From NCBI RefSeq assembly GCF_036365525.1, contig NW_027140807.1, positions 62,001 through 126,000 of the forward strand: a stretch of 64,000 nt of DNA, given 5' to 3'. Below the pieces are notes generated by a model, which made no database searches, had not been told where the DNA came from, and worked only from the letters and a program-made list of their open reading frames with translations. The number at the start of each line of letters is the position of its first letter. The stretch's first letter is position 1. The translations under genes and the position numbers were made by a program. This stretch comes from Heterodontus francisci. Lineage: Eukaryota. Positions 24,465 through 34,699 of the stretch are shown here, in pieces.

Positions 24465-24596
24465 TTTGTCTGTCTGTCTTCATATCTACCTATCTGCATA
24501 TCTGTCTGTCTGTCTAACAATCTATTTGACTATTTGTCTACCTATCTGTCTGTCTATCTATCAATCTGTCTACACATCTGTCTTTCTATCTATCTG

Positions 24597-24652
<56 letters not shown>

Positions 24653-24700
24653 ATGTCTGCCTGTCTGCCTTCCTAGCTATCTATCTGCCTGTCTATGCTG
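24465..24700. repeat. (TCTA)n/(TCTG)n microsatellite hosting the CR1 insertion (other half at 20050-20217)
   Basis: Direct inspection. Confidence 0.85.
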
Positions 24701-24994
24701 CCTATGACATGGTGCTGTACACCAGTTGGCTTCCGTGTTTTAAGTACACTGCTCTCTGAAATGACCTAGCAAACCCTTCAGTTACCTACAAGGCAACACA
24801 CACCTTCTCCAGGGCAATGAGTGATGTTGAATAACTACTGGCCTTCTCAGAGGGACCCAGGTCCCCAGAATGAATAAAAAAAAATCAAAGCAAGGGAAGA
24901 AGTAGCAGAGGATCTGACTATCATTTTCCAGTTCTTAATTGGCTGTTAACTGTTTTGGGGCGTCTGTGAAGTCCTGGAAGACCTTTTATAATTT

Positions 24995-25515
24995 TTTTTT
25001 CTTATTCGTTCATGGGACGTGAATTTCTTTCGCAAGACCAGCAATTGTTGGCCCTTGAGAAGGTGGTGATGAGCTGACCTCTTGAAACACTGCAGTCCAT
25101 GTGGGGTAGGTGCACCCACAGTGCTGTTGGAAGGGAGTTCCATGATTTTGACCCAGTGACAGTGAAGAAACGGCGATATAGTTCCAAGTCAGGATGGTGT
25201 GTTGCTTGGAGGGGAACTTGCAAGTGGTGGTGTTCCCATGAGTCTACTGCCCTTGTCCTTCTGGTGGTAGAGTTGGTGGGTTTGGAAGGTGCTGTCTAAG
25301 GACACTCGATGCTTTGCTGCAGTGCATCTTGGAGACGGTACACACTGCTGCCACTGTGGTAAAGGGAGTGAGTGTTGAAGGTGGTAGATGGGGTACTGAA
25401 CAACCGGGCTGCTATGTCCTGGATCGTGTTGAGCTTCCTGAGTGTTGTTGGAGCTGCATCATCCAGGCAAGTGGAGAGTATTCCATCACACTCCTGACTT
25501 GTGCCTTGTAGATGA
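24995..25515 (-). mobile_element. LINE 3' fragment (related fragment on + strand at 29975-30150)
   Basis: FTVTGSKSWNSLP..FKRSAHHHLL-type LINE C-terminus. Confidence 0.6.
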
Positions 25516-25559
25516 TTGATACTCTATCTATCACTTCACAATGGTGATGTTAACAATCT

Positions 25560-25700
25560 GTCTTATTTAGATCATTAATTAACCTTTTAATTAATCAAGT
25601 ATAGGACAGAGACTGTGACTCAGTTTTAACATACTCAGTGCCAGAAATTAAACGGTGTAGACGAGGACTTTGAAATTTTGCAGGGGATCTGAGACACATC
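25560..25700 (-). pseudogene. Degenerate third copy of the V6-type leader/intron junction
   Basis: ttttaacatactcagtgccagaa...ggatctgagaca resembles 17098-17175. Confidence 0.45.
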
Positions 25701-25917
25701 TCTCTCTTTCCTTCTCTCTCTCTTCCTCTGACCTTTTGCTAGTCCCTGTCATTCAGCCCTTGATGAAGGTTCAGGAATCCAGGAATCACCAGCTTGGAAA
25801 ACGGCCGGTGAGGCAAGGAGAGACATTAACCATTGTCACTGCTCCTGCATGTCTGTCAGTTGTGTTGTTCACCCTGTTGGTTTTTGCACTGGCACTAAGG
25901 CAGTCTGCAGCGCTGTG

Positions 25918-26733
25918 CTCCCTGGCTGCACAGTAATACACCGCCGCATCCGCAGCCTTAACCTTGAGGACACTCAGGCTGCATCGTCTCTCCTCGGGCC
26001 TCAAAATCTTCACCTCCTCCTCAAATCTTCCTTCGTAAATGGGTGAGCTTCCAGTGTAAGAATAGCCCATTAGGGTAAGCCCCTGCCCGGCATACTGCCG
26101 ATACCACAGCATAATGCTCTTTCTACTGTCATTCCGGGAACAGTTTAATTCTGCTGGTTCACTTCCATTCACCACCACCAGAGTTGGCCACTGGTGTATC
26201 ACCTCTGCTCGAGTTTTGCCTTGAGAAATAAGGAGAATAGTTAAAAATGTTTAGAACATATTGTGACATATGATAACCAACGAGAACTATCCAAACAGAT
26301 AAGTAGATAATACTGGATAACTATATAGGCAGACAATATATAGTTAAATGATATATTTGTAGATATATAGATAATAAACAGATAGATATAGAGATTGAAA
26401 AATAATGTAGCAAGTGATATGAGACAGACAAATTAACCCAGAATTAGGGCAAACTTATCGGTTAAAGATAGCTGTAGTAGCGTCACGAATATATAAGTTA
26501 CTTTCATTCAGTCAATAATTTCATTAAGTAAATATTATTTACAGTGAAAGTAAAGTATGTAGTTTAAGAAATGACAGAAAATCGACTGCAATGATGTTGT
26601 ATCAATCTAGTTTGATAGAAGTTAGTAGTGAATGAAAACACAGCATGTATTTTAGCAGAGGTATCTTTATGAAGGATGAATACCTACATGGAAGAAGAGA
26701 GCAGACGATTAGGAAGAGTTTGACTAACTGCAT
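25918..26733 (-). CDS. TRBV: TCR beta V segment V7 (third family), apparently functional; leader 26733-26688, V exon 26219-25918
   Basis: Leader MQLVKLFLIVCSLLP. V exon KTRAEVIHQWP..LNCSRNDSRKSIMLWYRQ..DAAVYYCAARE. RSS CACAGCG-23-GCAAAAACC at 25879-25917. Confidence 0.88.
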
Positions 26734-27914
26734 CCTGCAGACTGGGGGCTGAAACTGTTCATGAACCAATATCAGGCGGCTGAAGATAAAGCAGAGAGCG
26801 GAAATGACAGCACTGGAAGCAGGGTTTCCTTCTGACCCCTCACTTCTGGTATGACAGAATAATAACACCCCCTGGTCGAAAGGAGCTTGAATAAGGAACT
26901 GCTTCCCGTCTGTATCTGGCTCCCGTTGCTTGTGTCTGATTGGTATTGCATTGGGGAGCTCTTTTCCCTGTGCTAAACGACAATTCAAGGGTTATGTTTT
27001 ACATTGGGGTGAAATCTTAGATACTTTGAAAAGCGACAGTGTCATGAAGAAGTGGGTTAACTGTTTTGAACAGATGCTCAAACCGCCGCCAGGAGGCAGG
27101 TGTTCCAGTGAGAGACCTCTCTGGGGAGGTGTCTCACTTTTGCATTGTATGAATCATCGTGGACATGTACAATAGGGAGCTATGTGTAACTCTTGTCACA
27201 TACCACAGACAGCTCATTCAACAGGACCATGAACCCATTTACCCCACCTCGGAATCTGTTCTTTACAGGTAGAGGCTGCCTGAACGAGAAGGATCTGAGC
27301 ACATTGCTGCAGCATTTTTAATAATTCATAATGTATTGATGTACTCTGAGTCGAAGGAGAGCAAGAAGGTGAAACTATCAGTAAAATACAAATCATGATG
27401 CATCAATAATTAAACTGGTATGGTGTAAATAATGGTGTTAGATAGATGATAAACGTCAGATGTATGGTGGATGCATATTTAGAGAGGTGAGAGACGGAGA
27501 GATAAATCGATGACAAATATATATATAATCAAGGTAAATAGATAGATAAATAGTGCAAATAACCNNNNNNNNNNNNNNNNNNNNNNNNNNNNNNNNNNNN
27601 NNNNNNNNNNNNNNNNNNNNNNNNNNNNNNNNNNNNNNNNNNNNNNNNNNNNNNNNNNNNNNNNNNNNNNNNNNNNNNNNNNNNNNNNNNNNNNNNNNNN
27701 NNNNNNNNNNNNNNNNNNNNNNNNNNNNNNNNNNNNNNNNNNNNNNNNNNNNNNNNNNNNNNNNNNNNNNNNNNNNNNNNNNNNNNACAGAAACCTGCAG
27801 ATAGTCAGAGAGACAGAAAGACACTGAGATAGACAGACGGGTTCATCTCCCACAAGTGCTTTCCTCCCCCTTTAGAGTTTTTGCTGAAATCTGGCACCTT
27901 TCTGAGTCACTGTG

Positions 27915-28834
27915 CAGACTCCAGGCACAGTAATACACGGCTGATTGATTCACCCACAGGCTGGTGGACTCCAGGGAAAAATGGGTGTTGCTGGGTCTCC
28001 TGGCGGTGAAACCGCCAACCTCTCTGGAGGGAATGACTGTTCCGGCAGAGGTGGAATAGAAAAGGTTCTCGGGCTCACGGTCCGGATGCCACGGGTACCA
28101 GTGGATATCGGAGCCAGCATCTGCCTTTGTGTAAATACACTGGATACTGACTGGAGAGCCTGGGGAATAGGATATGGAAGCGGGAATCTGTTGCATCAAC
28201 ACGGCCCCCACATCTGTAAAACAGAGAGAGAGAGAGAGAGAGATAAACCCAGGGACAATGTTTAAATTGACATCGGCCACGAAGAGGGGAGAGGCACGAT
28301 GGGCTGAATGACCTACTGTGTGTTCTAAATGTCCCGTGTTCCTATGTAAGAAGGGAGAGGTGGGAGACGGGGAGCTGCAAAGAGAGAGAGAGACATAGAG
28401 TGAAAAAGAGTGAGAGAAAAGGAGAGAAGCAGAGAGAGAGAGAGAGAGAGGGAAGCACAGACAGAGGGAGAAAAACAGCAACATTCTAGACATCGGCAAC
28501 AGACATGAAGGAGCTAAGAGGACAGGGAGAGAGAGTAAGAGAGACAGAGAGACAGGGAGACTGGGAGGGACAGACATAGAGGAACATTTATTGTTAGACA
28601 GAGAGAAAGAGAGATAGAGAAAGGGATACAAAAAGAGAAAGAGAGCAGCTAAATTAACAATCACAGTGACGGTGCCTTGTAAGGGGGTAAACCCCCAATG
28701 GGGTCACACAGGGAAAGAGCAGTGAAGATGACTGACATCTCCCAGTCGAGGTCCACCTTACCCCTTAACACCAGCAACACAACGCAGAGGTGAGACACAG
28801 TCATCTCTGGAGGGAGACAGATCCATGTGTTCAT
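27915..28834 (-). CDS. TRBV: TCR beta V segment V8 (divergent CAWS member), open reading frame; leader 28834 (or 28804)-28762, V exon 28213-27915
   Basis: Leader (MNTWICLPPE)MTVSHLCVVLLVLR followed by GTAAG. V exon DVGAVLMQQIP..IQCIYTKADAGSDIHWYPW..AVYYCAWSL. RSS CACAGTG-23-GCAAAAACT at 27876-27914. Confidence 0.85.
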
Positions 28835-30159
28835 TGTGTGAAATCACTGAGCTGGTTTATTGCAGAAAATCTCAATGTTCTGAGTGACATTTACTGTCTC
28901 CTCCTCCCCACTGTTTCATGTTCCCATTGGGGGGAGGGAGGGGGTGCAAATTCCTGATGGTTCATTGGCTCCCACATGTTGACATGTTGACAGGTCATTT
29001 CATGGGCTGAGCTAAGGAGGCCTCAGGCGAATCCGGGGTGCTCTGGTCACTATTAAAGACCAAACATGATGAAGTCCAACTGCGTTTATTTTTTTGTGTG
29101 TCTGTGAAATAGTTGAGAAGTGAAACATTTCAGAAGCAGCCAAGTTGACCTCTGGAGCTGCTGTGGGTAAAGCTCACTCTGTCTGAGCATGTTCTGGGCA
29201 GCGGCTACAGTGGAGTAACACTGGCACCTAGTGGCTCCAGGTGCAACTGCAAGCACTGATTCTGCAGGCGTTTCATTGTCAGATACTGAACCTGTTTCAG
29301 TCATTAGTTATATTCTCCTACTCGACTCGTGTTGGCGCTTGTGGCACAGAACTAGATGGAAGTTAATGCAAAGATCCGCGCCATTCGGCCCGAAAGTTCT
29401 CTGCTTCACTCAAGCCTCAACCAGTCAAATACATTTTGACGTGCAGTCACTGTTGTCATGTCGGGAAGGAGGCAGACAAGCTGCAAGATCAAGTGCAGGG
29501 TTATTCAGAAAGAACAGGGAGTGGGAGCAATTGGACAGGGAAGATGAAAATAAGGGATCATAAATGTAAGGTAGTCCTTAATAAATCCAATTGGGAATTC
29601 AGGAGGAGGTTCTTTAACCCAGGGAGCGGTGAGAATGTGGAATTACAGACCAAATGGAATGGGTTGAGGTCGAATAGAGACGATGCAGTTAAGGGGGGAG
29701 CTGAATAAATACATGAGTGAGAAAGGAATAGAAGAATCTGTTGATAGGGTAAGACGAAGAAAGATGGGAGGAAGTCGCTCTTTCGAGCTGCCAGGCCAGG
29801 ATCGATGGGCTGAACGGCCTGGATTTGACCTGCATGATTCTATGACCCAATGCGACCCGTCAACCTGCTGCCTTGTTTCGGGGCCAAGACAGTTTTATTT
29901 CACCCCCTTCTGCTAAACGGGAGTTATAGCGTTAAGTTCTTCACCGCACTGAAGTCCAGTCATTGTGAAAATTCTTCACTGTCACTGGGTCAAAATCCTG
30001 AAACTCTCTTCCTAACAGCACTGTGGGTCAACCTACCCCACATGACTGCAGCGGTTCAAGAAGGCAGCTCAGCACCACCTTCTCAATTAGACGATTAGGG
30101 ATGGACAATAAATGCTGGCCACAACCAAAATCTCATGAATGAATTAAAAAAGAGAAAAT

Positions 30160-30500
30160 AACCTCAGCAGGGGGGAAAAAACTCCAAAAAATACAACAAC
30201 ATGCAAAAACCAAATTGAACAACAACTGAAGCAGGGAAGGAAACAAGTACAACAAAAACGTCAGCAGGGAAAACACCAACAAACACAACAACGACCTCAA
30301 AAGGAAAACAACGCCAACAAATTCAACAACAGATCAGCAGGAGATTCAAACACCAACAAATTCAACAACAGATCAGCAGAAGATTCAAACACTAACAAAT
30401 TCAACAACCTCAGTCGGAGAAAAGCACCAGCAAATACAACAACAAATACAACAACAACTTCAGCAGCAGATCTATACCAACAAATGCAACAGCAACTACT
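30160..30500 (+). repeat. CAA-rich ~35-bp minisatellite
   Basis: aaacaccaacaaattcaacaac..cagcagga units. Confidence 0.8.
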
Positions 30501-30659
30501 GGCAGCCAATGGTAGAGAGAGGGGCGTGGGTACCTCATCAGGGAGGAAGGTGTTGGACAAACCTGAATCACTTGCTTGAGTCTTCATGTGGCTTCTCACA
30601 AGACTCAAATCTCTTCTTTCCACTGATTTCCCAATTGCAGGATAAGCTTCCAGTGGAAG

Positions 30660-31152
30660 ATGTATCTGTTACTGAGTCTCATGGTCTTATTTCAAAGTAA
30701 GGGATCTTTCTCACCTCCACCCCACACCCCCATTGTTTGTGTTAACAGCTCTCTTTCTTATTTTCTTTCTCTCTATCTTTCTCTCCTTCCTTCATTCTTC
30801 ACATCCCAGATTGTCCCTGTTCACTGACCTTCTTCTCTCCCGGTCTCTTCCTTCAGGCGCGATCTCAGCGAGGGTCCGCCAGACTCCCACCGCCGTCTCC
30901 AGATTTCCTGGGGAGGGAGTGGGACTGGAGTGCCGTGTGGAGGGCGAGAGTAGCGGTTACATGTTCTGGTACAGACAGGACCTGGGGAAGGAGCTGCGGC
31001 TGATGTTTTACTCCGCAGTTACACCAAGTGTGAACTCAGAGGGGACGGTGGAGGGTTTGACTGCCAAACGACCGACTGGTTCCCAGTTCAACCTGGAGTC
31101 CTCCAGCCTGCAGGAGAATCGCTCGGCGCTGTATTTCTGTGCCTGGAGTCTG
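30660..31152 (+). CDS. TRBV: Inverted TCR beta V segment V9 (CAWS family), apparently functional; leader 30660-30696, V exon 30857-31152
   Basis: Leader MYLLLSLMVLFQ followed by GTAAG. V exon AISARVRQTP..LECRVEGESSGYMFWYRQ..ALYFCAWSL. Opposite strand to all other V segments. Confidence 0.9.
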
Positions 31153-31191
31153 CACAGTGACTCAGAGAGATGGAGCAGTTCAACAAAAACA
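31153..31191 (+). other. 23-spacer RSS of V9
   Basis: CACAGTG-23-ACAAAAACA; spacer identical to those of V1, V4 and V5. Confidence 0.93.
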
Positions 31192-31289
31192 CCAACAGAA
31201 ACACCTGTTTCAGATAAAAGCCTGCAGCTCTGTATCCTGTTGGGTTTATCTACTGCAGTGTGAACATGTCTTCGACATGAAGAAGACAC

Positions 31290-32165
31290 AGAAAGATGTT
31301 CAAGGATGATATCAGAACTGAGAGGTTATAATGATCAGGAAAAGACTGAACAGACTGGGGCTCTTTTCCCTAGAAAAGAGAAGGCTGAGGAGTGACCTGA
31401 TAGAGCTCTTTAAGATTATGAAACGGGTTTTGATCACATTATTGTGGAGAAGATTTTTTCCATTTGCAGGTGAGACCAGAAAAAGGGGGAGGGGTCATCA
31501 ATATAAGACAGTCACCAATAAATCCAATTTGGAATTCGGGAGAAACATCTTCACCCAGAGAGTGGGGAGAATGTGGAACTCATTACCACAGGCTGAGGGG
31601 AATAGGCAAGATGTATTTAAGCTTGGGGGGATGGGGAAGCTGCATAGGACATGAGGGAGAGAGGAACAGAAGGAGATGCGGCTGGGGGCGAGATGAAGAG
31701 GGCGTGGAACGATGTTCGTGTGGACCAAAAAGGCCTACATGGACGTGTCTGGCCGAATGGTCTGTTTCTGTGCTGTAAATTCCCTGCAGCTGGAGCGAGG
31801 AGCAGGAACACCAACACTGTGGGACTAGTCAGTGGAGCTGGGGAACTGACTCCTGGGTGAGGAGCAGCTTTTCTTTGTGATCCTCATCTAAACCTGTCAC
31901 AATCTTGCACACCTCTATCAGGTCTCCACTCAATCTCATTTTCTCCAGGTTTTCCAACCTAACCTTGTAACTAAAATCCCCCATCCCTGGAACCATTCTG
32001 GTAAATCTCCTCTGCACCCTCTCAAGGAAACTCACCTCCTTCCTAAAGTGTGGTGACCAGAACTGGATGCAATTGTCCAGTTGTGACCTAACTAGAGCTT
32101 TATAAAGATTCAGCATAACTTCCCATATTTTGTAGGCTCTGCCGCTATTTATGAAGCCCAAGATC
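31290..32165. mobile_element. Two CR1 3' fragments (+ 31290-31780, - 31860-32165)
   Basis: LGLFSLEKRRLRSDL; LDNCIQFWSPHFRK. Confidence 0.8.
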
Positions 32166-32304
32166 TCACAGTTTTGCTAATCTCATATGTTTTGCTATTC
32201 CCATATTCTTTGCGACTGTTTCGAAGTACAGCCACTGCTGTAATGCAGGAAGTGTGGCAGCCAGTTTCTACAAGGCAAGATCCCACGAACAGACAACGTG
32301 CAGA

Positions 32305-32990
32305 GCCTGCTGAGGTTGTTGTTGAATTTGCTGTTTTTTTCTCCAGCTGAAGTTGTTGTTGACTTTGTTGGTGTTTTTCCTGTTGAAGTTGTTGTTGCAT
32401 TTGTTGCTTTTTTTCCTGTTGAGGTTGTTGTTGAATTTTTTGGTGTTTTTCCTGTTGAGGTTGTTATTGAAATTGTTGGTGTTTTTCTCCTGCTGAAGTT
32501 GTTGTTGAATTTGTTGATGTTTTTCCTGTTGAAGTTGTTGTTGAATTTGATGGTGTTTTCCCTGTTGAGGTTGTTGTTTTGAATTTGTTGTTGTTTTCTC
32601 CTGCTGAAGTTGTTGTTGAATTTGTTGGTGTTTTTCTTGTTGTTGAATTTGTTGGTGCTTTTCCTCTTGAGGTTGTTGTTGAATTTGTTGGTGTTTTTCT
32701 CCTGCTAAAGTTGTTGTTGACTTTGTTGGTGTTTTTCTCCTGTTGAAGTTGTTGTTGATTTTATTCGTACTTTATTTTTCTCCTGTTAAAGTTATTGCTG
32801 AGCTTGTTCGTGGGTTATTTTTCTGGTGCAGTTGTTTTTGTATTTTTTCCTGTTTGTCTCCTGCTAAATTTGATGTTGAATCTATTGGTGTTTTTTCTCG
32901 ATGTTGTTGTTTTTCTCCTGAAGTTATTGTTGAATTTGTTGGTGTTTTTCCTGTTGAGGTTGTTGCTGAATGTTTTGGTGTTTTTCCGTG
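32305..32990 (-). repeat. Same minisatellite in reverse orientation
   Basis: gttgttgttgaatttgttggtgtttttcctg units. Confidence 0.85.
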
Positions 32991-34189
32991 TTTAACGTGT
33001 TTTTAACGTGTTTGACTCCCTGACCACCCGGTGTGATTGTAAATCTGATTGTAAACTGTGTCTTTAAAGTTTTATTGCAGTCTCTGTCTGCTCAACACAT
33101 CTATGAACGCTGAACATGACCGTCTCAAGAAGGTTTTGATTTTGCTGGAATGACTTTCCCATCTGATCATGGAAATCCAGTGTTTTTGTTCTGGGAGGGA
33201 ACACTCACTCTTAAATAATTGCTGAGGGATGGGGTCAGAAGGGATGTGACTGTGCATGGTGGGTCTGCCCAGCATTCCCCAAACCTCGTGCTGCTCCATT
33301 CTTTTCTGGTCAGTGCTTCCACCCTGGATAATCCAGCTCACTCAAATCCTGACAGAGGAAAATGAGAAATCCTGGCAGCAGGAATGGGCCATTCGGCCCA
33401 TTCAAGCTTGTTCCGCCATTCAGGGAGATCATGGATCATCTACAACTTATTTCCATTTGCCCATCTGGGTTCCATATCATTTAATACCCTCACCTAACAT
33501 CAATCTAGCAAGCTCTGCTTTGTAATGTCTGATTAACCCCCCTCACACCCCCATCTGTAGAGCTTTTGAGGGATAGAATTCCAGATTTCCACTACCAGCT
33601 GTGTGAACCAGCGTTTCCTGACATCACTCCTGAACAGCCCCACCCCACCTTGCCCTGGACTCCCCCAGCAGAGGAAATTGTTTCTGTCCATTAACACCAT
33701 CGAATCCTTTAATCATCCTAAATATTTCAATGAGATCACCCTTTAATCTCCTACACTTAAGAGAATATGACATTAGGCCATGCAAACTGTGAAGCTAATT
33801 TAACCCTTTTAGACCTGGTGTCATTACCTCCAAGGCTGAGACATCCTTCCTGAGTTTTGATGCACAGAACTGAACATGGTTTCTCCAGAAGGGGTCTAAT
33901 CCGAGCTGCATACAACAGTAACACAACATCCAGCGCTTTCTATTCCAGCCCCCTTGAGGGAAAAGGGACAATACTCTTTGTTGTAATAGTTACTTAATGT
34001 TTTAATTATTTGACCTGGAAACGAACCTGCAGAAAGGTTATTTCAATGAGCAGGAGGTCGCTCTGTGGAACAGGGTCCCAGGGAGACGCTGGAAGCAGAT
34101 ATTACCTGCACATTAGAGAGATTTCACTCAGGGATACACTTATAGTGTAAGCTGAGTCATGAGGGGTGGTGAGTGTAACATGTTCAGGA

Positions 34190-34660
34190 GGAACAGGGGA
34201 ATTCAACAACTACTTCAGGAGGGGGAAAAAGAACAACAAATACAACAACTTCAGGAGCAGAAAGACACCAACAAATTCAACAACTTCTTCAGGAGAAATA
34301 AAAACAAACATCACAACAACTTCAACAGGAAAATTACACCAACAAATTCAACAACAACTTCAGGAAGCAATCACCAACAAATCCTGCAACTTTAGGGGAA
34401 GGGGGGAGTAAAGAAAACAACTAATATTCTCACAACGTCAGCAGGGGAAACACCAACAACTTCACCAACAACTTTAGGGAAGTACATCAAGCAATGCAGC
34501 AGCAACTTCAGTTGGGCAAAGACACCAACAGGTTCAACAACAACTTCAGTGAAAAAAAAACAATAAATACAGCAACAACTTCAGCAGGGGAAAAACACTA
34601 ACAAATTGAACAACATCAGAAGGGGGTAAAACACTGACAAATGGGGAAATTGCACAACTT
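34190..34660 (+). repeat. Third block of the CAA-rich minisatellite
   Basis: caccaacaaattcaacaacaacttcagg units. Confidence 0.8.
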
Positions 34661-34699
34661 GTTGAGGTTGATGGGAATTCGTTCACAAAAGCTCCGAGT

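Noticed and set aside
1658-27786. ORFs spanning N runs (1658-1866, 5184-5572, 10260-10679, 10701-11045, 27565-27786)
   Set aside because: Assembly gaps or masked bases next to microsatellites; distances across them are uncertain.
2163-31263. IgH V, TAILV or NAR-TCR identity for the V segments
   Set aside because: No octamer promoter or VH-type WVRQ/YYCAR pattern was seen; the sequences fit TCR Vbeta.
31815-31836. CACTGTG-GGACTAG, resembling a TRBD segment
   Set aside because: No 5' nonamer at 12 bp, no 3' CAC heptamer, and it lies between CR1 fragments.
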